Of a DNA stretch of 64,000 nt, positions 49,314-58,685 are shown one piece after another. Within the stretch, counting starts at the first letter, position 1, and every line of letters begins with the position of its first letter. Below the pieces are notes generated by a model. That model saw only the letters and a list, made by a program, of their open reading frames with translations. It was not told where the DNA came from and did not search any database. The DNA lies in NCBI GenBank assembly GCA_021324795.1, contig JAJPIK010000084.1, positions 15,892 through 79,891 on the forward strand. Reading direction: 5' to 3'. The position numbers were made by a program, and so were the translations under genes. The stretch is from Chloroflexota bacterium. GTDB taxonomy: Bacteria > Chloroflexota > UBA6077 > FW602-bin22 > CADDYW01.

Positions 49314-50093
49314 ATGGGTGAAAGATTAGCTGGCAAGATCGCACTGGTCACCGGCGGTGGCGGCGGCATCGGCGAAGCAACGGTACGCCTTTTCTGGGAA
49401 GAACAGGGGCGCGTCGCCATAGTGGACAACGATACTGCGGCCGCCGGGCGTGTCGCCCAAGAAGTAGATCCCTCGGGCGAGCGCGTCGTCGTGATCGGTG
49501 CTGACCTGACCAAAGAAGACGAGGCCGCACGCGCGGTCCGTGAGACAGTCGATCGCCTGGGGAGGCTCGATGTCCTGGCGAACGTGGCCGGCGTGCGCGT
49601 TTGGGGGCCAATTACCGAGGCAACCCCGGAGTCCTGGGAGTTCATCATCGGTGTCAATCTGCTCGCAGTTGCCTACACGAGTAAGTTCGCCGTGCCCGAG
49701 ATGGTGAAGAACGGCGGTGGCAGCATCGTCAACGTCTCCTCGGCCAACGCCATCGTTGGTCGGAAGAATATTGCGCAATTCGATGCGACCAAGAATGCCG
49801 TCCTGGCGCTGACGCGCTCGATGGCGTGCGACCACGCCGAGCAAAACATTCGGGTGAACGCAGTTTGCCCCGGCCCGACACTGACCATGTACCACGTGCG
49901 CCGGCGCGCCGCTGCTAAAGGAATCTCCCTCGAGCAAGCAGAAGCCGAGATGCGAGCCACGAGAGTCGGCAACCTGATGAAGCGTCACGGTGAGCCCCGC
50001 GAGATCGCCTACTCAATCTTGTTCCTCGCCTGCGACGAGTCGTCGTACGTGACCGGCGCAACGTTTATGATCGATGGAGGGTTGTCAGTCTAA
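49314..50093 (+). CDS. Short-chain dehydrogenase/reductase family protein with Phe at the catalytic Tyr position
   Basis: TGGGGGIG, NVSS and IRVNAVCPG are present, but the YxxxK motif reads FDATK (TTC at 49779..49781). Confidence 0.85.
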   Translation: MGERLAGKIALVTGGGGGIGEATVRLFWEEQGRVAIVDNDTAAAGRVAQEVDPSGERVVVIGADLTKEDEAARAVRETVDRLGRLDVLANVAGVRVWGPITEATPESWEFIIGVNLLAVAYTSKFAVPEMVKNGGGSIVNVSSANAIVGRKNIAQFDATKNAVLALTRSMACDHAEQNIRVNAVCPGPTLTMYHVRRRAAAKGISLEQAEAEMRATRVGNLMKRHGEPREIAYSILFLACDESSYVTGATFMIDGGLSV

Positions 50094-50107
50094 CAGCAAC
50101 CAAAGAC

Positions 50108-51520
50108 CTAGCCGGCGCTTGTCCGACCGGCATGGAACGCATCCGCGTACTTGCGCGTTAGGTCGATGTAGAGCCGCCCATACTGAACACTCTCGGCGAT
50201 GCCGCTGCCTTCGCTGAACTCGTTCCAGGTTTCAATCGCGACGAGCTTATGGCCGGCACGCAGTGCCTCCTGCCACTGTTGGGCGTAGTAGGCGCCATTC
50301 TGGCGGTTGACGTCGAAGCAGTTCTGAGCGGCGCCGGCGTGGCAAAAGCCCGTGTTATTGAAGCCGGGACCAATTTCGGCGACCCCGAAACGCGGGTCGG
50401 TGTTGAAGCCGGAGGGCGCGGCGCCCCAGCCATAAAGATTGTCAGTGTGGATGATCTGGCTGGGCGTCACCCCTTTTGATTGATACCACTGCCATTCTCG
50501 CACGACATAGGGGCGCAGACCCGCGAAGTCGTGGGCAAAGCGCTCGCTCAGATCGTCGAAGGTCGCCTGATCGAACTTGCTCACCCACTGCGTGTCGTAG
50601 AGCCAAACAATCGGCTTGTCGTCGATCACCGCCCAATGTCGGGGTGGGATGCGCGAGTAGAAGTCGCGCACATTCACATAGAAGTAAGCCTTACCATTCT
50701 CGGTGGTCAGGTCAGCGTTGGCGAGGATGGTCGTGTCGTAGAACATCCCCATCTTGAAGGGCTTACGGGCCGCAGTGAGCTGATCGAATGCTTCGATCAT
50801 CGGCGGTATGCCCTCGGTGCTCCAAAAGTGGCCCGGGGTTGGGTTGAAGTTCCGCCCAGGATGCCCAGGCTCACCCCAATAGACCGGCAAAACAAAGTCG
50901 ATTCCGGCCGCCTGCATATCTGAGAATTGCTGGAGGTGGGTACGGACGTTGAGAAAGCTATAATGGGCCGGGTCCGGTGGGCTTTCGGTCCAAGAGATCT
51001 TGATTCGCTGCTGGCGAGTCGGGTCGGTCAGATCGTGCCAGTAGAAATAGTAGGTCGTGATCAGCGGCTGCTTCGAGCTGAAGCTGACAATCTCCGACTT
51101 ATTGAACCTATCGCCCCAATAGGAGCCTGGATGAGCCCAGGTGAGCGGGCCCGGGTCGTGGGGTGGACCATTCGGCTGGAGATGCTCAGGATTGGCGTCG
51201 AAGGGAATCGTTGGACTGGGTGAGGGCACGGGAGATAGCAGTGGATCTGGCATCGCCGGCGGAACTGAGGTCGGAACAGCGGTCGCCAGAGATACCGCGG
51301 ACGGCGAAGATACCGCCTTGGGTGGCACCCGGCCTGGCGATGGCAGGGGAGTCAGCCGAGCCAGCGCCGCCGTTGGGACGGCCGGGGCAATCTCTGCTTG
51401 GCAGGCAATCACGCCGCTGGCTAGGATAACTGTCCCGAGGGCGGTCAGCAGGGAGCGGCGCGACCATCGGCAAGTCAGGCGCGCAGCAATGCCATGTTGG
51501 TGGCGATCAAACTGCTTCAT
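50108..51520 (-). CDS. Secreted protein, glycoside-hydrolase-like (GH99/DUF5010-type impression)
   Basis: Tat-like SRRSLL plus a TM segment, a Pro-rich linker and ETWNEFSEGSGI near the C-terminus. The ATG at 51520 follows AAGGAAG. That it is coding is secure; the family is tentative. Confidence 0.55.
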   Translation of the reverse strand: MKQFDRHQHGIAARLTCRWSRRSLLTALGTVILASGVIACQAEIAPAVPTAALARLTPLPSPGRVPPKAVSSPSAVSLATAVPTSVPPAMPDPLLSPVPSPSPTIPFDANPEHLQPNGPPHDPGPLTWAHPGSYWGDRFNKSEIVSFSSKQPLITTYYFYWHDLTDPTRQQRIKISWTESPPDPAHYSFLNVRTHLQQFSDMQAAGIDFVLPVYWGEPGHPGRNFNPTPGHFWSTEGIPPMIEAFDQLTAARKPFKMGMFYDTTILANADLTTENGKAYFYVNVRDFYSRIPPRHWAVIDDKPIVWLYDTQWVSKFDQATFDDLSERFAHDFAGLRPYVVREWQWYQSKGVTPSQIIHTDNLYGWGAAPSGFNTDPRFGVAEIGPGFNNTGFCHAGAAQNCFDVNRQNGAYYAQQWQEALRAGHKLVAIETWNEFSEGSGIAESVQYGRLYIDLTRKYADAFHAGRTSAG

Positions 51521-51604
51521 TTGGCTTCCTTGCACGAGGAATGGGCTACTAGATTGATGATAGTGGGTGGCAGGGAGGCGGTCAAAAAGGGATGATTCTA
51601 TCTA

Positions 51605-52591
51605 CTAAGCGCGCATCTCTTGCGCCAATCGACTGGCCGCGATGCGAACTGCCTCCGCCGAGCTATGGCGGGCCGACCAGCCAAGCTGACACAGCTTTGC
51701 AGCACCCATCAAGATGACCGGCGCGTCCCCGGGCCAGCCGCGTCGACCGCCCGTGTAGCGAATCCTGGCCTGGTTCAGACCGAGGACGTCAATAACGATC
51801 TCGGCGATTTCGCGAACGCTAATGGTCGTGTCCGTGCTGAGATTGAACACGTCGCAGGGTTGCTCGACGCTCAGCGCGACGTTGCGGTAGGCGTAGAGCA
51901 TGCCGTCAACGCATTCTTCCACTAGGAGATACGGCTTCACCTGGTAGCCATCGCCCAGCACTTCCAACTCCCTCGGATTCTGACGAAGCTTCCGGACGAA
52001 ATCGTGAACGACGCCATGATTGGTCCGACTGCCAATGACATTCGCGAACCGAAACATCCAGCCACGTAACCCAAAGAGATGACAGTAAGCACTGACGAAA
52101 GCCTCACCGCTTAGCTTGCCGGCCCCGTAGAGAGAAACCGGGAGAAGAGGTCCAGTGCTCTCCAGAAGCGGATTGGCCGGTGAGTCGCCATAGACGACGC
52201 CTGACGACGCGAAGATGAGATCTCTTACGCCGGTCAGCCGCATGGCTTCGAGAACGTTCCAGGTGCCCATGACACAGTTCTTCAAATCCGCGTCGGTCTG
52301 AATGGTTCCCCCACGAATATCGGTGTTAGCAGCAAGGTGCCAGACCAGATCATGGCCAGCAATCGTCTCGCGCAGGCAATCGAGATCAAGTAGGTCACCT
52401 TGGACAAAATGGAAGCGTGGGTTGCCCAAGTGAGGCTCGACGTTCTCACGGCGTCCAGTTGAAAGATTGTCGAGCACAGTTATTCGTGCCCCCTCGCTAA
52501 GCAAGCGATCGACTACGTGACTCCCAATGAATCCTGCTCCGCCGGTGACGCAGACAGCAGGTCTCCTTGGATTGACAATCTGATTAACCAT
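51605..52591 (-). CDS. NAD-dependent sugar-nucleotide epimerase/dehydratase
   Basis: VTGGAGFIGSH and catalytic YGAGK. The start is ambiguous between the ATG at 52591 and the TTG at 52621. Confidence 0.85.
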   Translation of the reverse strand: MVNQIVNPRRPAVCVTGGAGFIGSHVVDRLLSEGARITVLDNLSTGRRENVEPHLGNPRFHFVQGDLLDLDCLRETIAGHDLVWHLAANTDIRGGTIQTDADLKNCVMGTWNVLEAMRLTGVRDLIFASSGVVYGDSPANPLLESTGPLLPVSLYGAGKLSGEAFVSAYCHLFGLRGWMFRFANVIGSRTNHGVVHDFVRKLRQNPRELEVLGDGYQVKPYLLVEECVDGMLYAYRNVALSVEQPCDVFNLSTDTTISVREIAEIVIDVLGLNQARIRYTGGRRGWPGDAPVILMGAAKLCQLGWSARHSSAEAVRIAASRLAQEMRA

Positions 52592-52641
52592 CGAAATGGT
52601 TTGTACTCCCTGTCTTTTCAAGTATGCGAGGAACTCGGGAT

Positions 52642-53346
52642 CTACCTGATATCAAAATTTCCGCACGCCTCGCGACTGTGCCGAAGTCGGTCATCGGGGA
52701 TCGACTGGAGATCCCGAACGAATCGCGCGAGGTCAGGGCCGGTATCCACATCGTAGCTCATTGGCCCAAGTGCACTGCTCAACCCCAAGGAGCGTGCGCG
52801 GTCGCAGGTTGCCGTGCAGATGGTGTCGCTGCTGAAGGTCGTCGCGAGGAGCAAATCCGGTAGAAGCGGCCAAGCCGAACGCTTGGCCACGATGAGGTAA
52901 TAGCCGCCATCCGAGGTCGGTCCTAACGTCACGTCGTGGCCCGCGGCCAGGTCGACGCAAGAAACCCAATGGTTGATCAGGGCGTGGGGACTGTCAGCAT
53001 CGGTGACGACAACCAAATTGGCAGCCGTCGCGAAGCCGGCGTCAAATGCATCGACGATTCCGCCCATCAAGCCAGCCCGCTTTTGTGCGAACGCGGTCCA
53101 ACCTGAAAAAAACAAACCGTCGAGGAGATCCACATGTCGACGATCAGGGCAGACAATGTGGTGACGTGGGACGGCATCAGTCGGAAGCAAGGTACTCACC
53201 ACCTCGAGCGTGTCTTGTAATAGCGCACGATAGAGGGTGGCAGCAGCGGTATAGCCGATCTCGCGACCAAGCCGCGTCTTTGCTTCACCAGCGATTGGTG
53301 CTTTCGCCATCACCGTGACGGCAAGCGAAGCCCGATCCACATTCAT
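52642..53346 (-). CDS. DUF2064-family (nucleotidyl/glycosyl-transferase-like) protein
   Basis: VMAKAPIAGEAKTRL is the typical family N-terminus. The ATG at 53346 follows GAGGGGTG. Confidence 0.65.
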   Translation of the reverse strand: MNVDRASLAVTVMAKAPIAGEAKTRLGREIGYTAAATLYRALLQDTLEVVSTLLPTDAVPRHHIVCPDRRHVDLLDGLFFSGWTAFAQKRAGLMGGIVDAFDAGFATAANLVVVTDADSPHALINHWVSCVDLAAGHDVTLGPTSDGGYYLIVAKRSAWPLLPDLLLATTFSSDTICTATCDRARSLGLSSALGPMSYDVDTGPDLARFVRDLQSIPDDRLRHSREACGNFDIR

Positions 53347-53371
53347 CCCGCACCCCTCGAACAGACGACCG

Positions 53372-54097
53372 TTAAATGAGGGGGATACGCCCAGCGACGC
53401 CGATATCGCCACGCCCCACGGCATGGCGCGCGAGGACGCTGAGGATCGATACTGCCGCCTTGACGGACGCGTTCAAGTTGCCACTCACCTTGGAAACACC
53501 ACCAATTCTGGCATGATAGGCAATTGGCACTTCGCGGATCCGTAGCCGGCGTCGCGCAGCCTTGACGATCAGCTCGATCGTCCACCCGTAGGTGGCCTCA
53601 GTCATCCCCAGGGCGACAAGATCACCACGGCGGATCGCCTTGAATGACGGTAAATCGTGGAGAGGCTGGCGCCAGATAAGACTGATTGCGAGGGCAGCAA
53701 CGACGTTACCGACTCGCGCATAAAAGGGAAGCGATCCGGATTCGAGGCTCACTCGTCTGCCCAGAACGAGCTCAGCCTCACCATGCAGGATTGGCTCGAT
53801 GATTGAAGGAATCTTGGTCGAGTCATCACTGCCATCGCCGTCGAGAAAGACGATGACCTCGGCCGAACTGTTCACCACGCCCGTCGCGCAAGCACGGCCG
53901 TAGCCGCGCCGTCTTTCGACAACGACCCGCGCTCCGGCATCCTCTGCAACAGCGGCGGTCGCATCGCGACTTCCACCATCGACGACGACCACCTCCGAGA
54001 CGATGCCACGGGGAATTGCCGAGACGACCCGACCGATCGCTTCGGCCTCGTTTAAGACCGGGATGACGACGCAGACCTGATCAGACTCCGACTTCAC
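53372..54097 (-). CDS. Family-2 glycosyltransferase (polyprenol-phosphate sugar synthase-like)
   Basis: VVIPVLNEAEAI, the DxD motif in LDGDGSDD, and a short ~240-aa DPM1-like layout. Confidence 0.8.
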   Translation of the reverse strand: MKSESDQVCVVIPVLNEAEAIGRVVSAIPRGIVSEVVVVDGGSRDATAAVAEDAGARVVVERRRGYGRACATGVVNSSAEVIVFLDGDGSDDSTKIPSIIEPILHGEAELVLGRRVSLESGSLPFYARVGNVVAALAISLIWRQPLHDLPSFKAIRRGDLVALGMTEATYGWTIELIVKAARRRLRIREVPIAYHARIGGVSKVSGNLNASVKAAVSILSVLARHAVGRGDIGVAGRIPLI

Positions 54098-54245
54098 CCA
54101 TCTTGCCTTTCTCGCAGCACTCGGCTATAACGACGCGCGAGTATTTGAGCATCAAGATCCCACTCCTACGAAAGGCCAGTCCCCGCTCCCGGTGGGAGCG
54201 GGAATAGTGCGCCGCTTTCTTGAACGGTGACACGTTGCCCACACC

Positions 54246-56177
54246 CTACGCCGAAGCAGCTTTCACTTGGATCATCATCAAGCCGGTTGCGCCATCTGGC
54301 TGCGTTGGATTGTACGCGACGATTTGTCGTGCTCCAGTTCCATCAACCGCCCGAGCGATTAGCTGAACGGTGCCCCTGGCCGGCATGGTAAACGTCCCTT
54401 GCCAGCGGGTCCATTCGTCGATTCCGGTGGGCTCCTCAATGATATTTGCCGCCTGCCAGGTCTTCCCACCATCAGCGCTAAACTCTACCCGCGAGATACC
54501 CCGGCTTCCGGCATAGGCGATCCCCGCGATTCGCTGTGATCCGGCTGGTAGAGTCTGGCCGTTCGCGGGAACATCGATCCGGGTCATCGTCCGGACGATC
54601 GCGTCGTGACTCCAGCCACGTTGGCCAAACCAGTCGACGAAGACACTCTTCATCGGACGGATGCCAATCACCCACTTCGGGCTTTTCATACCGTAGCGGC
54701 CTGGCGTTAGCAACCGCGCCGGATAGCCATGCTCGTAGGGTAGTACCTGCCCATTCATCTCGTAGACAAGCAATGTTGCTGACAGAAGCGCCGGGTCATT
54801 GGGAATCGAGCCCGCATACTCGTCTGCTGAGAAGATAGCGATTGATTGTACTCCAGATTGCAGCCCACCGGCCAGTCCCAAAAGATCGCTGAGGCGCACA
54901 CCTTTCCACGCTGCATTGCTAATCAAGTTACAGCCAAAAGGCACTTGTTCGCAATTCTGGACGAAATTGGAGATGCATTCTAACGTCTTGACCGTTGTCA
55001 CAGCCGGAAGCTGGTAGAGGAGAGAGAGATCGAGCTGAACCGGGCGAGTAACTGCACCGTCGATAGCAAGCCGCCATCTGGTCGCATCGACGATCGGGTC
55101 ACCCCCCGCGTTTTTGGTGGTGATGTAGAAGATCTGATTCGGCGTGTAAAGCGGCGCCACTTGGCCGGGAGGCGGGACCGCTCCGGTCAGAGAGCCATCC
55201 TTGTCGCGAGCGATCTGGCGCGCCGGAGCGGGAGGTGGTGGTATCACGATCTTCGGTGCGACGCTTGACACCGGAGTGTTGGCCACCGGACTCACCACCG
55301 GGGCAGCTGCTGGACTAGCGGCTGCTGAGGTTGGAACTGCGGATGGAATAGCAGTCGGCGTCAGTGAAGCTGGTGTTACCGACGGCGGCACGGTAGGCAC
55401 GGTGATTGGCGAAGCTGGCGCCCCTGCCACCACGGCCGGTTCGGCAGTCGGAGTAGATACAGCCTGAACAGCTTGAGCGGTCGGGCTAGCCGGAGCGGGA
55501 GTCGATTGGGAGGGATATTGAGGTTGAGGGATTGATGCACGGGGGAGACCAGAACTGATCGTCCCAGCGCTTCGCCCGGTCCAGAGCGTGAATGCGTAGG
55601 CAAAACCGGTCCCGATCAGTCCACCGAGAAAAGCTCGCCGGGCCCATGGAGCGGGCGCAGGACGATTTGTATCCATAACGCTCGCCAAATTGTTGACGCA
55701 GAGTAGGTGCGCGAGCAGAAGAACCGTGGCATAGGCGAAGGCGATTCCCAGGTAGCTCAAGTTGGTCAACAGGACATCTTGAAAGAGGTCGATCGCAAAG
55801 AAGCCGGCTCCGGTAACCGGCATGACCACGCCCATCGCGAAGAGCCAAAGCGCAACGCTTGCGGTGGCAATTGCCCTGATGCCTCGGCGGAGGATGATAA
55901 ACCCTAGGACGACGAGCACGATCGCCATCACGGCATAGGCGCCGTAGAGCGCGATGTCCTTGGCGTTCGCGCCATACGCCTGCAATCCCTTTTCAAATAG
56001 GTCAGTTGGCACGAACAGGAGTAGCCACTCCATGACACGTTCCGGCAGCGTTCGGATCTGATAAGTCGCCCGTGCCCAGAACATCAGGCCAAGCGCAACA
56101 CCGGTAGCAGCGACACTCCCGAGAAAGGCGGGCAGCACATTCACGGAGCCCGTCGGTCGAGGAACTCCTCTAGCCAT
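54246..56177 (-). CDS. Membrane-anchored molybdopterin-dependent oxidoreductase (sulfite-oxidase/YedY fold)
   Basis: About 5 to 6 N-terminal TM segments, a ~110-aa Pro/Ala/Thr/Val linker, and a Moco domain with TLECISN (Mo-ligand Cys) and a C-terminal Ig-like dimerisation-type region. The ATG at 56177 follows GGAGGT. Confidence 0.8.
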   Translation of the reverse strand: MARGVPRPTGSVNVLPAFLGSVAATGVALGLMFWARATYQIRTLPERVMEWLLLFVPTDLFEKGLQAYGANAKDIALYGAYAVMAIVLVVLGFIILRRGIRAIATASVALWLFAMGVVMPVTGAGFFAIDLFQDVLLTNLSYLGIAFAYATVLLLAHLLCVNNLASVMDTNRPAPAPWARRAFLGGLIGTGFAYAFTLWTGRSAGTISSGLPRASIPQPQYPSQSTPAPASPTAQAVQAVSTPTAEPAVVAGAPASPITVPTVPPSVTPASLTPTAIPSAVPTSAAASPAAAPVVSPVANTPVSSVAPKIVIPPPPAPARQIARDKDGSLTGAVPPPGQVAPLYTPNQIFYITTKNAGGDPIVDATRWRLAIDGAVTRPVQLDLSLLYQLPAVTTVKTLECISNFVQNCEQVPFGCNLISNAAWKGVRLSDLLGLAGGLQSGVQSIAIFSADEYAGSIPNDPALLSATLLVYEMNGQVLPYEHGYPARLLTPGRYGMKSPKWVIGIRPMKSVFVDWFGQRGWSHDAIVRTMTRIDVPANGQTLPAGSQRIAGIAYAGSRGISRVEFSADGGKTWQAANIIEEPTGIDEWTRWQGTFTMPARGTVQLIARAVDGTGARQIVAYNPTQPDGATGLMMIQVKAASA

Positions 56178-56312
56178 CGCCTGATTACCTCCGCCCGGAT
56201 GACTTAACACTGGTTTAACAGTCTAGCCAGTAACGCGCAAAAGTCAATTTTGTGACCTTGACAAGGGTATAGTCTCGCCATACCGCTCGCTTGTTACACA
56301 TTCTCTTTGTCT

Positions 56313-58358
56313 TTACGTCCCTTGATCCAGCCGTGTCACCCGGCCAATCGTACCATTCTCCCAGAGCACGTCCCCCGGCGGCCCAGTTATCGGCAGACGC
56401 TGATTCGTTGCCGGGTCGACCAGGGCAACGCCGACTGCCTGGAGGTCACTGATCCAGCCGAGCTCGAGCCGCATTTTTACTTCTTCATCAGGCTTCCAGC
56501 GGGAAGTGGGATACCAAATCGGCTCTGGCGCTTGGTCGCGTAGCTCGCCGACGATTGCGCCGTCGCTGCGTCGGGTCATGAAGAAGTCGAATGAGTAATC
56601 GCTCGAGACCGAGCGCTCAACGTGCCAATACGTCGTGAGAGTCGCGCTCGGTCCAAAGATCGTTAGCGTCGAGGATAGCTCGACCTGATAGCGATCGAGG
56701 ACCAGCCAGTCACCGAAGCGCAGTGCCGGGATCGGCTTGGCGAGTGCCACTTCGCTGGGTGAGGCACGCGCAAAGTCATAGAAGACAGGAGGTATCGGCA
56801 CACGTGGTGCTTCTCGACGTAATAGGAGAAACCCCGGCGCGGCTTCGGCGATGCCAAATTCCGACGACGCGAGGAGATCGGTCAGCCGGGCGTGCAGTTC
56901 GGACGCGTGGAGCGGATCAGTGCTACCAGCCACGTCGACCGCGACGTACTGGGCGTCGAGCGTCGATGGGTACCAGTAAGCGTGTTCGCGGGTGGCCAGG
57001 TGGGGATAAACTGACGAGGTCGACGATGTCGCGACATCCGGTGGCACCTGGGCGAGAATCGCGCCGATGGCCTGCTCGCGCCTGGTGACGCTCGGCCAGT
57101 GAAAGCCCGGAACCAACGGTGACGCACCGAGCCAGAGGTGATTGGCAGCGACCGAGATCAGAATCACGGCAAGCCAGGCAGCACCGAAGATATCTCGCCT
57201 TCCCCGCTCGAACGCGCGTCGCGACGCTTCGATTGCCGCGAAGAGCAGGATGGGGACGATCAGAATCGAGTAATGGGCACCCCCCGACCGCATCCAGGGG
57301 AACGACGATAGAGTATTCTCCAGCACGCCCGGCAGCGCGACCGCTAGCTCGCCGGGCGCGAGCAGCGCCACCACTCCGCCACTGAGCAGCAACGTTTCCA
57401 AGTAAGCCAGAACGTCGCGCTGGCCGAACCAGTCGAGCCAGAGGCCAGGTTGCCGAAAGACGTTGACCAGAGCAAGTGGCGGCGACCTTCCCAGCCAGTT
57501 GTAACGCAGCCAAAAGACTGAGCCGACCGTGCCGTGGCCCCCGCGCCGCAGCATGCCGATCGTTCCATTGAAGAACGGCGCGATCAATCCAAAGGCGATC
57601 AGCCCCCAGCCACCCGTGACGGTGAGAAGAATCAAGCCAACTCGACCGGCGCGATTGAAGGGATCTTTGGAAGACCAAGCGGGATAGGAGCAGGGCTCCC
57701 TCACCCCTCGCTCCACCAGCCATTGCCGTGCCCACAGATACACTCCCAGCGCAGCGACGCAAAGGGCAGCATCTTCACGCGCCAAGGCAGTGAGGATCGC
57801 GGTCAGTAACGCTAGCTGAAAGCGCTCGATCGCGATAAAGTAGAGTGTTGCCAGGAGCAGCGTCGCGGCGAGGGCGACAGTGTGGAAGTCGGCCAGTGCT
57901 GCTGCGCCCACCGACGGCGAGAGCAGCCAAGCCAGACCAAAGACGACGCTTCCGACTCGACTACCAGTCCGCTCCCAGGCCAATGTCATGCAGACGAGCG
58001 CTCCCGCGGCGACAATCACCGCTTGCAAGCCAAGCAGAAAACGAGGATCCGGCCAGAGGGCGAAAAGCGGCGCGACCAGCAGCAAGAGCATCTCGTCATG
58101 GAAAGCCAGAAGGAGGTGTGGACGATGGAGGGTGGCCGGATCGAGAGTGATGTCCGGCGTGTAGGGAAGCCCGTCAAAGGTGCTGAAGAGAAATGGTCGA
58201 CCGTGGGCAGTGTTCCAAAGGGTCTGGGTCTCGTAACCCAGGTCGAGCGCGTTCGTCTCAAACGCTAGATGCCGGGTGATGTCGAGTTTGGTCCACATGA
58301 CCGCCGCGACGACCGCGGCAACGAGAACGACGATCGTGGCAGCACGACGAATGAGCAT
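56313..58358 (-). CDS. DUF2079-family polytopic membrane protein
   Basis: ALDLGYETQTLWNTAHGRPF...HLLLAFHDEMLLLLVAPLFAL matches the DUF2079 N-terminal signature. It has more than 10 TM segments and a soluble C-terminal domain. Confidence 0.65.
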   Translation of the reverse strand: MLIRRAATIVVLVAAVVAAVMWTKLDITRHLAFETNALDLGYETQTLWNTAHGRPFLFSTFDGLPYTPDITLDPATLHRPHLLLAFHDEMLLLLVAPLFALWPDPRFLLGLQAVIVAAGALVCMTLAWERTGSRVGSVVFGLAWLLSPSVGAAALADFHTVALAATLLLATLYFIAIERFQLALLTAILTALAREDAALCVAALGVYLWARQWLVERGVREPCSYPAWSSKDPFNRAGRVGLILLTVTGGWGLIAFGLIAPFFNGTIGMLRRGGHGTVGSVFWLRYNWLGRSPPLALVNVFRQPGLWLDWFGQRDVLAYLETLLLSGGVVALLAPGELAVALPGVLENTLSSFPWMRSGGAHYSILIVPILLFAAIEASRRAFERGRRDIFGAAWLAVILISVAANHLWLGASPLVPGFHWPSVTRREQAIGAILAQVPPDVATSSTSSVYPHLATREHAYWYPSTLDAQYVAVDVAGSTDPLHASELHARLTDLLASSEFGIAEAAPGFLLLRREAPRVPIPPVFYDFARASPSEVALAKPIPALRFGDWLVLDRYQVELSSTLTIFGPSATLTTYWHVERSVSSDYSFDFFMTRRSDGAIVGELRDQAPEPIWYPTSRWKPDEEVKMRLELGWISDLQAVGVALVDPATNQRLPITGPPGDVLWENGTIGRVTRLDQGT

Positions 58359-58422
58359 TGTCTCCCGTCAACTCCCTCGACCTACCCCGTGGTGCGCTGC
58401 CCCTCGGCTCAGCTCAAGGCCG

Positions 58423-58680
58423 TTACCCTGAATCTATCATCTTCTCCAAGGGCACACAATCCACAAGTTGCCCACTTTCCCGAAAATCGGCGTAGTCGTC
58501 CACTTGGGAGATCTGATAGGGCGCGGAGGGCTTTATATAGACCTTGCTGCTTCGCAGCAGATCGAGCAGACGGTCGAATCCGGGTTGCTCGAGGCCCGGC
58601 GCTGCCTGAGCGCGCCCGAAATGGTTGATCACCAGAATCGTCGGCAAGGCCAAAATCGTATCGTGGAGCGCGGTGAGCAT
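58423..58680 (-). pseudogene. Amidohydrolase_2 (lactonase/decarboxylase-type) fragment, 85 codons
   Basis: ILVINHFGRAQAAPGLEQPGFDRLLDLLRSSKVYIKPSAPY matches the vIDHfG.p...G...pgf..ll.l...g.vwvKlSg.y segment. The N-terminal ~200 aa and the C-terminal GSDWPH region are absent. Confidence 0.65.
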
Positions 58681-58685
58681 CGACT

